A DNA stretch of 64,000 nucleotides, taken from assembly GCA_038087875.1 (NCBI GenBank), contig JAXLNO010000438.1, positions 248,001 to 312,000 of the forward strand. The letters are read 5' to 3'. Positions 12,664 to 24,800 of this stretch are shown in pieces. Below the pieces are notes generated by a model. That model did no database searches. It saw only the letters and a list, made by a program, of their open reading frames with translations, and was not told where the DNA came from. Position 1 is the stretch's first letter. The number at the start of each line of letters is the position of its first letter. The position numbers and the translations under genes were made by a program. This DNA comes from Malacoraja senta. Its lineage: Eukaryota.

Positions 12664-13287
12664 CTGAAAAAAACAACAAGTTTACATTGCACTCAAAACA
12701 GCACGTCGCAAATGTTAGCAAAACTAAAGGATGATTAGCAATGATGTTTGAAGGTCTGGAAAACAAACTAAATGACACTTAAGTTTATGAATAACTGAAA
12801 ACATAACACTGAATTTTGCAGTGTCCAAATTAATGCAATGCGCTTTTATCGATCGGCAGCAAATTAATTTTAAAATTTTAACACTTCATGCTGCAGCAGG
12901 AGCAGTGTGGAGGGAAGGAATGGTTATGTAGGAGAAACCAAATGGGCACGGTGACGGGTATATTATTACTACAGGAAACATGACCATCATGCAGGTTTTT
13001 AAACTAAATTTCCAATGCTCAGCTGTTGTGGTGAGTTTCATCAGAAAATATTATCACTGTGCTCCACATACATGAAATAAGCTACAGAATTTGTTAAGGA
13101 AAGCAATTTTGAACTACTCTATATGGGAAGTAATTTTACTCTCACCAGAACACCGAATGAGGTATTTTGGCAACAGGAGAAACAGACTGTTTTCATTATT
13201 ATATGATAAAACCTAAACTGAAATTGTGTTTAACTGTTGCGGCTCTTGAACTCAGTTAATGCTTGTCCTCTTTAAACTTTACACAAC

Positions 13288-13737
13288 ATGCCACAAGAAA
13301 TTGCAGGCATTGTGGACGCAGCCCAGACCATCGCACAAACCAACCTCCCTTCCATTGACTCCATTTATACCTCACGCTGCCTCAGCAAGGCCAGCAGCAT
13401 AATCAAGGACAAGTCGCAGCCTGGCCACTCTCTCTTCTCCGCTCTCCCTTTGGGTAAAGGTATAGAAGCGTGAAAACGCACATCTCCAGATTTGGGGACA
13501 GTTTCTTCCCAGCTGTTATCCTATCATAACTAGAGAGCAGTCCTGAACTATCTACCTCATTGGTGATCCTCGGACTATCTTTGACTGGCTTTACTAAACA
13601 TTATTCCCTTATCATGTATCTATATACTGTAAATGGCTTGTAATCATGTATTGTCTTTCCTTTGACTGGTTAGCACGCAACAAAAGCTTTTTCCTGTACC
13701 TCCGTACACGTGACAATAAACTAAACTGAACTGAACT
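13288..13737 (+). mobile_element. Rex1/Babar-type 3' fragment
   Basis: IYTSRCLSKASSIIKD..PGHSLF peptide; gtgacaataaa followed by an (AACTG)n tail. Confidence 0.8.
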
Positions 13738-13996
13738 AATCACTGCGACAATGAATCTGTATGGACTGTGCCCTTGGTTGAAAAACAGACTTTGGCTTGC
13801 ACTATTTGAACTATTATGGTTACGGTGATTAATTGAATGTATTTTTGATTATTACATATAATCTCCATGTTTTTGTGTATATGGACCTGTTAGGTTGCAA
13901 TAAGTATTTCATTGTTATGTTGTCAGTATCTATGACAAATAAACACTTGCTTTCTGACTTGACTCTTGAAATGAGTTCTTACAAATACACTGATTA

Positions 13997-14579
13997 AGGG
14001 GCTGTCCCACTTGGACGACCTAATTGGCGAGTTTAGAAGAGTTTAGGAGAGTTTGAAAAAATGACATGTTGAAGACCTCCTTCAACAATGTAGAAGACTT
14101 CCTTTGACCTCCTTCGACTATGTTGAAGACTAGCTACGACTAGCCAAGACTAGGTATGACTAACTTCGGGAAAATTGGACACCGAATAGTGGAGAGTGAA
14201 GACGACCTCCTTCAATCTCCCTTCGACCTCCCTTCGACTATGATGAAGACTATCTACGACTACCTTCGACTGCCTTCGACTATCCACGATTACCTATGAC
14301 TAATATGTCGACCTACTACGACCTACTACGACTAAACCGACGAGTAAAAAAAGTATCGATTTTTTCCATGGCGACCTTTTTTTACTCGCTGGCATATTTT
14401 AACATATTGAAAAAACCGCTGGGACCTAGCTGAGGCCACGAGTATGCGGAGACCACTCTCGAGCATGAAGGAGAGTTACGAAGACCTCCTACGACCTCGT
14501 GTCGACTATGCTGCGAGTATGAGTCGAGGGCAAACTCGCCAGAGCTCGCGGATTAGGTCGCCCTAGTGGGACAGGCCCT
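13997..14579. mobile_element. PIF/Harbinger-like MITE
   Basis: TIRs AGGGGCTGTCCCACTTGGACGACCTAAT and ATTAGGTCGCCCTAGTGGGACAGGCCCT; TTA target duplication on both sides; internal (TTCGAC/CTACGAC) repeats. Confidence 0.88.
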
Positions 14580-14824
14580 TTAAGATTCAGAGATCATATA
14601 TTGTGAATCATAATATTGACTTTATGATGTACATTAAGTGCTAATTAAATTTGGGTTAAACATAATTTATAAATTCTCACAAAAGTGTTTTCTCTGGATA
14701 CGAGTACGTGCAGTTGTCCTGGTATTATACCTGAACTAGATAATCCTCTGTCACATATTGACGAGTTTATCATTGATAACGAAAAAAGTGTGTCTGGAAT
14801 TGAAAACAACCTTCTCAAATTCAA

Positions 14825-14918
14825 GTTTGAAGAAGGGTCTCGACACGAAACGTCACCCATTCCTTCTCTACAGAGATGCTGCCTGTCCCGCTGAATTACT
14901 CCAATATTTTGTGTCGAC
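14825..14918 (+). mobile_element. ~94-bp Penelope-derived unit with hammerhead-like core and 11-bp TSD
   Basis: TSD CTCAAATTCAA at 14814-14824 and 14919-14929. Confidence 0.75.
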
Positions 14919-15359
14919 CTCAAATTCAAAATTGACAAAAGGGGTGACATCAAGGGTTACCAAAAATATATTCATTACCCCCCAGCTAAGTTGCATTCCT
15001 ATTGATGGTTCCTGTTCTGGCAGACTCCCTGTAAGTGCGTGTCATAGATGTAATACGATTTATAAAGACTCTATTCTGTGTAAGTGGAACATTGGACCAC
15101 TGCACACATCAGGGCTCCTCTGAACTTCTGTGCATTAGTTTCTTCAAGATCCTGAACTTCATGCATTTTGCCCCAAATCCCCAAATGTTCTACTTCATTA
15201 GGTTTTGTTGACTAAAAATGAAATCATATAGAGAACAAGTGATGCCGTGTGATTCAATTTCCAGGCAAAATATATGAATGTGGTTAAATTCAAGGTTTTT
15301 AATGGATTATGATTCAAATAGGAAAGATATACCCAATAAGTGGGACAGGAAACTAATTA

Positions 15360-15665
15360 TTAGTAGAGCTGCTGCCTCACAGCTCCAGCGATCTGGGTTC
15401 AATCCTGACCTCTGATGTTGTCTGTGTAGAGTGTACACATTCTCTGCGAGACAGTGTGGATTTCTTCCGTGTGCTAGTTCTCCCCACCTCCCAAAAGGGC
15501 TGGTTGGTAGATTAATTGACCACAGTAACTTGCTACTGGTGCGTAGTTGAGAGGTTAAAGAAACTGAGGGGTGTTGATGGGAATGTTGGGAGAATTAAAA
15601 AAAAAATAGATTAATGCATAAGAGTAACAGCCAAAGGGCAAGTTCTGATGCTGTTTAACACTCTA
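15360..15665 (+). mobile_element. tRNA-derived SINE (HE1/V-SINE-like), old
   Basis: B-box-like GGTTCAATCC and the shared SINE body. Confidence 0.7.
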
Positions 15666-16375
15666 ACTTGGCCAACATGGTCGCAAAAGACATACCCCAC
15701 GTTTGAATGCATAGGATGCGCATGAGGTTCTGAATGGAAAGAAAATGACAGCTAGAAACAGTGCCTCACAGCATGTTAACACAAAAGACACTAATTAGGA
15801 ATTGTGAAGTGCAAATTTAGATAGGTAGTTGGAAGTTGAATTAGGATGCCAATTAAGGATACTTGATGTCAATCCACTAATTTATGCAATGACAGATATT
15901 AGAATGGAATGATGGCAGAGAACATTGCGTAAGATTCATCTGGAATTTAAAATGTTTGAAGGATATTTTTCACTCAAAATTTGTAATCTGATGGGAGTAC
16001 ATTAGGATGTGCCCTGTACAAATTAGAAAGGGGCAAAATTAATTTCCTATGTAAGAGCTCAAATAAGTGTAGTGGACGGGTAATGTATCATGGCATTATC
16101 AGGCTTCAATAACAACCAAGGATGACCTTGCTAAAGACACCATTCACAATAGCACTCGACAGTTGGTGCAAGACTACAGATTATATCTATTGGCAATGAG
16201 TTCAGAATTTAGCAAACATTTTTTGGGATTGTACGGTCAATATAAATCAAAGCTAAATGTAGCAAAGCAAATTCTGCTGAGCAAGTTCATGCAAAACACA
16301 TGGATGAGACACATGAATAGATATAGCAAGCAGATACACAAGACTCCATAACAGCAAGCACTTGTGTCCATCCAC

Positions 16376-16459
16376 CTTGACCCCAGATACTGATGTACAA
16401 GTCTCCTAAAGTCCGCCGGCGGCCGACATGTCGTGGCAAAGACCAGAATGGCTTAATGA
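16376..16459 (-). CDS. SH3PXD2B: Probable alternative 84-nt cassette exon of SH3PXD2B (VIKPFWSLPRHVGRRRTLGDLYISIWGQ)
   Basis: gacag| acceptor, weak CAAG|gtggat donor, phase 1-1, stop-free. Same position and 28-aa length as the Tks5 inter-SH3 insert, with RRxTLG shared. Confidence 0.78.
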
Positions 16460-18775
16460 CTGTCAGCATGTTGGGAAGTGGGAAGTGATCACAGAGTATA
16501 AAAAGTTCATTAATGATTCTAAATGCACTCTGATAAAACTTGCTTCATTCTTAAAATTTTACAATGGGCAATGAAAACGATTTACCATAGAGTAATTCAA
16601 ACACTTGCAAAATTATCACGACAGAACATAGAAAATATTACATAATGTTTATACATCAACATCTGTTGAAGATGTATTCTTTAAAATATGAATATGTAAG
16701 ATGTTAAACTATAAATGGAGACAGAAAGATCTGAATATACAGAGGCCAAGCTAAAGAAGATAATAACTGTTGTTACAACTGTCAAGCAATATGATATGGA
16801 AAAAAAATCCTTATTCCCTTGAATAATTGAAGTATTTCTAATTAAAACAAAAATAATTCTCAACTCTCTGGAAATTCAAGTAACTAAAATAAAAATATTA
16901 AGCAAAAATTAAAACACCATTGTTATCAGATGATTTATGTTTAATCTCATTATAAACTTCAGCATTCATTTTGTTGAATAATCTTTAGCTGAAACAAGAG
17001 TCCCAAATAGAAATATTGCCTATCTATTGCCTCCACAGTTTCTGCCTGACCCATTGAGTTACTCCAGCATTTTGTGGTTTAATCTTTAGCTCCTATCTAA
17101 TTGAAAGCACTGCCAAGGGTAGGAGAGAATATAATTGGAGCATTACACGATGCATTTAGGCATTCCATAGAGATACAGAGAACAAAAAAACTACAAAATG
17201 AATAAATAAATTATATCTGTGCATGTTGGTCAGTTCAGTCCCTGTCCAATATCCATAATGAAGATGATCCATAAATCTCTCTTTCCACACTCAGTAGGAG
17301 TTATATTAATGAATAACAAAAGCCCGAGACACGTTGATTTATTGATATTGTGGAAATAGCGCATTGAGGCAGTTCTTGGTGGGAACTCATTACCCTTGAT
17401 CTTAAACCACTGTCAAATATATGTCTAAAATAGAAACAGAATATGCTGGGAATAATCCACAGTTCAGGATGCGTTTACAGGAAGAAAAAGAGTTAACATT
17501 TCAAGCTGAAAGCCCTTCGTCAAAACCAGGGGAACCAAAACCCTTCTGACAAAGAGACTTCAAACTGAAGTGTTATCTGTTTCTCTTCCCACAGATGTGA
17601 CCTACCTGTTGCGTATTTCCAGCATTTTCTAGTTTTATTTTTTAGATTTCCAACATCTGCAGTTTTTTACATTTCCAATATTCATCCTCTTTAAAACTCT
17701 GACTCCACTCCAAATTTTTCATTTCTCTGTATAGAATACTCGTGAACTAATTTGCTACTCGATAGTTAAAAAATACTTAGAAACACATCGATGTTAATTA
17801 CAAAGTGAGAGAGCTTTTGGTGTGATTCTAAGACCTTTTTGTGAGTTTAGCGGCTGAAGTACAAGGAAATGTGATTACTTGGGAGAAAGGAGAAATAATG
17901 GCAAAAAAGAGAATTTTGTATCTTTGATAACAAAACATTTAGTGCCAAGAGAATTTAGTGACAAGAGAATTGTGTCTTTCATAAGTCATCGTCAAGTGAT
18001 ACTTTTCAGTATGGTCACAGCTCTAAAACAGGAAACACAACAGCCAATATCAAAATACAGTCCCACAGACAACATTGAGATTAATAACCAGATGTTCTGT
18101 TACTCTTTTAACAAAAACAATGGTGGTTGAGATATAAATGTCGATTGGGAACAAGGGAAGAACATATTTTACTTTTTGCAAATACGTCAATGAGTTTGTT
18201 TACTTTTATTAGAGGGGGCAGATGGATTCTGTATGCATGATAAAGATGACACCTTCAACAAACTACATTGGTTTGGTACTTCACTGAAATGTCAGGTTAT
18301 GCACTCAAGCCCTGTTACGGGCTTGATTCCAGGACCTTTTTAATGTAGTACTAAGAAGCCTTCATTGAGCCAAGGCTGATGTCTTTTGACAAAGTTCCAA
18401 CCAGATGAAACAAAGTTATTCCCCTCTCTTGAGGAAAAAATGTACAAGTATTCAATGAAAATTGTGTTCTAATCAAAAATGTTTTTAAAATCTGCTATAT
18501 GGGTTTAAATGGTTTGCATATGTGGAAGATGTCTGAATTTTTTAACTGCTTTAATTTGGCTTTAAAATATAATTTGTTTGTTTCCAGAACACAATAACTC
18601 AATTTAGCAAATTTACAATCGTATCATACTCATAATTAATAAATGCATATAATATTTACCATATAATGAACTAATATGTATAGTCAGTTCTGAAAGCGTT
18701 ATAAATAAACATTTTCAGGTTGGAACAGAACAAGCTTTATCTGAATAAAACTCCTTGTTTGTTTTGGCTGCTTAC

Positions 18776-18889
18776 CTTCCCCTGGCTTGGCGCTAACAAT
18801 CGAAAGGTCATCCTGAGCTTCATCCTGGGGCTCCAGACACGTGGCAGGAACCCATCCCTGCTCATCAGCTGTGCTGACAAACCACCACC
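18776..18889 (-). CDS. SH3PXD2B: SH3PXD2B exon, second half of SH3 #1 ([38 protein letters not shown])
   Basis: tttgcag| acceptor, |gtaagc donor, 114 nt, phase 1-1. WVPATCLE is Tks4-like (Tks5 has WVPATYLE). Confidence 0.96.
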
Positions 18890-19778
18890 CTGCAAATACA
18901 AATGTCATATTTCATCAAATGTATAAATCTCTTTAATGATTGTTTAATGTATTTGCAATGACCTGTTGCAGTTGTAAAATCTCTCTGACTAATGACTTCC
19001 TCAGGGCTTTAAATATTGCTTCAGTCTTCTTTCCAGTATGGCCACTATTTTTCTTTGTTTCAATCATGGTTTCTTCACCATTGCAGCAGATTAGAATTTC
19101 TCTGATCCCAATGCTGCCTCCACACTTAATGTGAAATTTGACAAAGGAATTTTGGAAACGGTTTGCATTGTCCTCATAGAAAGCAGCATTTCTATGGCAC
19201 AAATGCCGACTAAAATTTGTATAGTGAATAACTTTGACTGAAATATAGGTTCTGGTGGGGTGTAGGTTATTTACCCATTGAATTCTCTTGTTTGAAAGTA
19301 CATTATGCATGAGAACTTGTGAAATGAAAGTGCAGTAAACAGTGTCTGCCTCAGTTGCTATTAATGCAGGAAATTCCTAAATTCAGCAAAGATGGAGGGT
19401 TAGTGAAACATTAGCAAGTACCCTGTTACATATGAAAGAGCAGAAACACATCACTGAGCCTATTCTCCCAGGGGAAATGTAGACATCCATTGAAATAATC
19501 CATTCTGACTCGGGATCACAAAAGCCAGCATAGAACCACCAACCAAATGATATCACAGGTGACCAACATCCGTTGTTTCTTACCATTTGCTTGCTAAGGT
19601 TGGGAAGTCAGCCATCGGGAGTAAATTGCAAACATGGAGTTAAAATACCCGAGCTCCTCTTCTTTTGCAGGAGGTATACTGAGCACATGCTCCAAAATAC
19701 CACAGAAAACTGTCCTACAGTGCCTTCTGCATGCTCTAACTCATTTAGCCTGACAGTACTGCCAAGCAATTAGCCTAA

Positions 19779-20060
19779 CGGGGTGGCACAGTGTTGCAGC
19801 TCCCTCACATCGCCAAAGACCCGTGTTCAATCCTGATTTTTGGGTGTGCTCTATGTGGAATTTGTATGTCCCCTCTATGACAGGGTGGGTCTCCTCCGGG
19901 TGCTCCAGTTTCCTCCCACATTGCCGTTTCATAGGTTAATTGGTCTCTGTAAATGTTCCCTTGTTTGTAGTGAGTGGATGCAATAATAAGATAACACAGA
20001 ACTAGGGTGGCTGGGATGGATTAAGTGGGCCAAAGGGCCAGTTTCCAATCTGTATGACCG
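19779..20060 (+). mobile_element. tRNA-derived SINE
   Basis: GTGGCACAG A-box, GTTCAATCC B-box, conserved body. Confidence 0.75.
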
Positions 20061-20589
20061 TCTGTCCATCTGTCTGTCTCAAAATGGAGCGTGTTGCAAA
20101 TTGAAGGCAGGACTTAAATTCTCCAAGGACTGAGCAAAGAGTGCTCTTACCAATGTTATTATGTATGAATGCACCTGTACCAGGAAGGTTAGTGAAGATG
20201 AGGTGGTGTAGTGTTTCCCCCTCCATGTTGGTTCTTTCACCACTTTCTCCTTTAGTACTCAATTAGTTTGGTGATGGTGGTGCCCATAAAACACTTTTGG
20301 TGACAGATATTGAAATTCTCCATCCAAAGTGCTCTATCTCCCTCCTTCGCTAATATTCATACAGCTACTTGATACGGTAAGTACAGGGATAGGTGACAAT
20401 GTGCTATATTCATATCTCTCTCATAGACTTTCAGTTGAATGGAATCATCTACTTAACATTGTCAAAGAAAGGACAAAGTATATTTAAGTACCACCTCATT
20501 CTAATCTTATGGTATACTTTACTGATAAAAGCAATCACATTTGTCACCGGGGCTAAAATTTGGGCTACCAAACTACATTTATTTAATGT

Positions 20590-20684
20590 CTGAAGAAGGG
20601 TTTCGGTCCGAAACGTTGCCTATTTCCTTTGCTCCATAGATGCTGCTGCACCCGCTGAGTTTCTCCAGCATTTTTTGTGTACCT
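20590..20684 (+). mobile_element. 95-bp Penelope-derived unit starting at CTGAAGA, with 16-bp TSD
   Basis: TSD TACATTTATTTAATGT at 20574-20589 and 20685-20700. Confidence 0.82.
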
Positions 20685-21556
20685 TACATTTATTTAATGT
20701 TTATTACAAACCACAATTCAATAGCTCTTCCTTGTAAAGGATTTTCAGAACTAAACCGTAACATGAACAAATGACGATGGACTGTTGCCAATAGTCTAGA
20801 CTTATTTCCTTATAATCCAGATTGACTTGAATCCGTTCCATGTGTATGTCAATGTTTTATACTGTGAGGTGACCTATGCTATTCTCCTATTTGTATAGCA
20901 TTTTTGCTTTAACAGTATTACTTTTCCATGCATCTTTAAATTACACCATCAATCCATTGCCTCTCAAAGTCAAAAAGTACAGAGCAGACAATATAAATTG
21001 TAGCGCTACATTTTTTGTTCTTTTTGTTTTGTAACCAAAATATATGAATTATGGGAGGGAAGCCCATACTTGATCAAATTATCATTCACTCATCATTTCA
21101 CTTAATTTTTTTATAGCTGCAGGAAATATCATAATGTTGTTTATTGAACTTATTTTTAAATATATTCTTTGAAAACCTGATTATACATTACTTAGCCAAA
21201 TACAGAATGTATTTTCACTTTCACAGATAAGAATATTAAGGGAGACTACAGACATGAAGATCTGCTAGCTCACTCCTGTATGCCTGGCAATGATCAGTTC
21301 ACAATCACAGTGCAAGAGGAAAATATGGGATGCTGATGTTAACACAAGAGCAGTCAGTATACACTCTAATTCCAGATCAAATGATGAACAGAAAGAAGCA
21401 AAATAAGCTAAAACAACTATTACGTCTATACATTTTCTTTTTCTATAGTATATTGACAACTATTCTCAATCCATTTAAATAAGTTTGCTTCACCGAGATG
21501 GACAGAAATCAGTAACATCAGATTGCGTGATGCAGTTACTTGGGCATTCTGCATTT

Positions 21557-21830
21557 TAGTTTTTGTTTAGTTAGGTTTAGTTCAGTTTAGAGATACAGCA
21601 CGGAAACAGGCCCTTTGGCCTAACGAGTCCACGCCGACCAGCGATCCCCGTACACTTACACAATCCTACATACACTAGGAACAATACACAATTTTACCAA
21701 GCCAATTAGCCTACAAACATGTAGGTCTTTGGAGTGTATGAGGAAACCAGAGATCTCAGAGAAAACCCACGCAGGTCACGGGGAGAATGTACAAATTCCG
21801 TACAGCCAGCTCCCATAGTAAGGATCAAAC
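21557..21830 (-). mobile_element. tRNA-derived SINE, 3' part (5' part at 25597-25652), split by the Rex1 insertion
   Basis: The SINE sequence breaks in its B-box at ggatcaaac and resumes at aaacccagatctggtgctgtaagg. Confidence 0.85.
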
Positions 21831-24800
21831 AGTAGGAACATGCTCCTAAACATCGGGGCTAACCACAGCAGCAGGACGGGCGCGTTTTGGTGCGATTTAG
21901 GAAAAATACGCCGTTATGAACTACTACCAACGGCAGCAAAGTCGGCTGCAAAGTCAAATTCAAAGTCGGCTGCAAAGTCAACGGCTGCAAAGTCAACGGC
22001 AGCAAAGTCAACGGCAGCAAATTCAAATACAAAGTCGGCTGCAAAGTCAACGGCAGCAAAGCCAACGGCAGCAAAGTCAACGGTAGCAAAGTCAACGGCA
22101 GCAAATTCAAATACAAAGTCGGCTGCAAAGTCAACAGCAGCAAAGTCAACGGCAGCAAAGTCAACGGCAGCAAAGTCAAATACAAAGTCGGCTGCAAAGT
22201 CAACGGCAGCAAAGTCAACGGCAGCAAAGTCAACGGCAGCAAAGTCAACGGCTGCAAAGTCAAATTCAAAGTCAACGGCTGCAAAGTCAACGGCTGCAAA
22301 GTCAACGGCTGCAAAGTCAAATTCAAAGTCAAACATAACGGCCACAGAAAGTAGGAACATGCTCCTAAACATCGGGGCTAACCACAGCAGCAGTACGGGC
22401 GCGTTTTGGTGCGACTTAGACAAAATACGCCGTTATGGACTACTACTACCGGCTGCGAAGTCAAACACAATGGCCACAGAAAGATATACAAACGGAGAGT
22501 GGAGGGGAGAGAGAGGAGAGAGAGGAGGAGGAGACGCAAGCGGTGCGAGAGGAGGCAGAAACGGGGTAAAAGAGCAGGATCTTACACGAGGCGGAGACGG
22601 GGGAAAAGAGCAGGCATCTGCGCCAGGCTAACATCCAACCCCACCCGACCTGCAGTGCCCTCGCTTCTCCTCTCTAATGTCCGCTCCCTGGACAACAAAC
22701 TTGACGAACTGCGTCTTCTCATAACAACATACAGGGACATTAGAGACTGCTGTGTGCTTGTTTTCACGGAATCATGGCTCCACGGTAATGTCCCAGACAC
22801 AGCAATACAGCTGGAGGGAATGACATCATTCCGTGCGGACAGAGAGGCAGCTGGCTCTGGTAAGAGCCGAGGTGGAGGCCTGTGCTTGTACATAAACAAG
22901 GACTGGTGTGTGAACGCTACGTTAGCCGGGAAACATTGCTCTCCGCTGATAGAATTCCTCATCGTGAAATGTCGGCCTTTCTATCTGCCGAGGGAATTCT
23001 CCGTTATTTTCGTTGTGGCTGTATATGTTGCTCCGTGATAATGTAAATTCTACGGCCAACGAATCACTGGGAGCTCTGCATGACGCCATCAGTGAGTTCC
23101 AGACCAAACATCCTGATAGCTTCATTGTGGTGGCCGGGGATTTTAATCACACCAGCCTTAAGACGGTGCTCCCAAAATTCAAGCAATATGTGGATTTTGA
23201 GACCAGGGGAGAGAACATCTTGGACTTGGTTTACACCAACACCCAGAGGCTTACAAGGCAGCCCCACGCCCTCACCTGGGCCACTCGGACCACATTTCAG
23301 TGTTTTTAACACCAGCCTACAGACCTCGGCAGAAACAAGTCAGAGCGGAGAGAAAACACACCAGGGTCTGGCCAGAGGGAGCAGCCTCAGCACTGCAGGA
23401 TTGCTTCCTGCACACTGACTGGGATGTGTTCAGGACAGCGTTATCCTATGACGACCTCATCAACATCGAGGAGTATGCAGAGACTGTAACCAGCTACATT
23501 GCCAAGTGCACCGAGGATGTCACCATCATGAAAACCTTCACTGCACGTGGAAACAAAAAGCCATGGATGACAGCAGAGGTACGCTCACTGCTGAGGGCTC
23601 GTGATGAAGCCTACAGAGCCGGTAACACATCCACTCTACGATCTAGCAGGACTGCACTGGAAAAAGGAATCAGGGCAGCGAAACGTGCCTACGCGGGAAA
23701 AATTCAGGGACACCTCTGTGACACAGGAGACACCAGGAGGAAGTGGAAGGGAATCCAAACACTGACGGGGTACAGGGCAAGGCAGCAGGTAACTGACACG
23801 GATTCTTCTCTCCCTGATGAACTAAACAACTTCTTCGCTCGTTTTGATGCAGCAAACACCACACCCAAGGGGAGAGCCAGTCCCTGCATACAAACCGACC
23901 AGCCAGTCCTGACCATGGACCCTATGGACACACAGAGAACCCTGTCTAAGGTCAACCCGTGGAAAGCAGTCGGACCCGATAACATCCCAGGACGTGTGCT
24001 TAAGGAATGTGCTGAGGAGTTAGCATATGTGCTAACGGACATCTATAACATCTCCCTCAGTCAAGCCATTGTCCCCACATGCCTCAAAACGAGTACAATA
24101 ATCCCAATAGCGAAGAAACCAGTTGTGGCCTGCCTAAACGATTACCGCCCTGTCGCCCTGACCCCAATAATAATGAAGTGTTTTGAACGCCTGGTGAAAC
24201 CCCACATTACTGCCAGCCTCCCCTCATCGTTAGACCCCCTCCAGTTTGCCTATCGCCCCAACCGTTCTACAGAGGACGCCATCACTACCACGCTGCACAC
24301 AGTGCTCACGCATCTGGAAAAAAGTAACACATACGCCAGAATCCTGTACATTGACTTCAGCTCTGCGTTCAACACCATCATCCCACAGAGACTTGTGGAG
24401 AAACTAACCCTGCTGGGCCTCAACACCACCCTGTGTCACTGGATCTTGGACTTTCTGACAGAGAGACCGCAGTCAGTCCGTGTGGGCAAGAACACTTCAG
24501 GCTCGATCACGCTGAGCACCGGCTCACCTCAAGGCTGTGTGCTCAGCCCGCTGTTGTTCACATTGCTCACACATGACTGTGCGGCCAGATTCAGGGACAA
24601 TATGATCATAAAATTCGCGGATGGCACAACAGTGGTGGGACTCATCAGCGGAGATGATGAATCAATGTACAGGGAGGAAGTAAAACAACTAGTGGACTGG
24701 TGCGGCAAAAATAATCTAGAACTAAATGTGGAAAAAACAAAGGAGATGGTTGTCGACTTCAGGAGGGCGCAGCCAAAGCATGCACCCCTTAACATCAGTG

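Noticed and set aside
18699..18908. Assignment of the exons to SH3PXD2A (Tks5) or NCF1
   Set aside because: The residues [25 protein letters not shown] and KKKSG match SH3PXD2B better.
21928..22332. CRISPR-like array or histone H1 gene
   Set aside because: The repeats are contiguous with no unique spacers, there is no H1 globular domain, and the tract lies inside a LINE in eukaryotic DNA.
21859..22423. Antisense ORFs (LTLLP)n and (DFAAV)n
   Set aside because: By-products of a stop-free 15-bp minisatellite.
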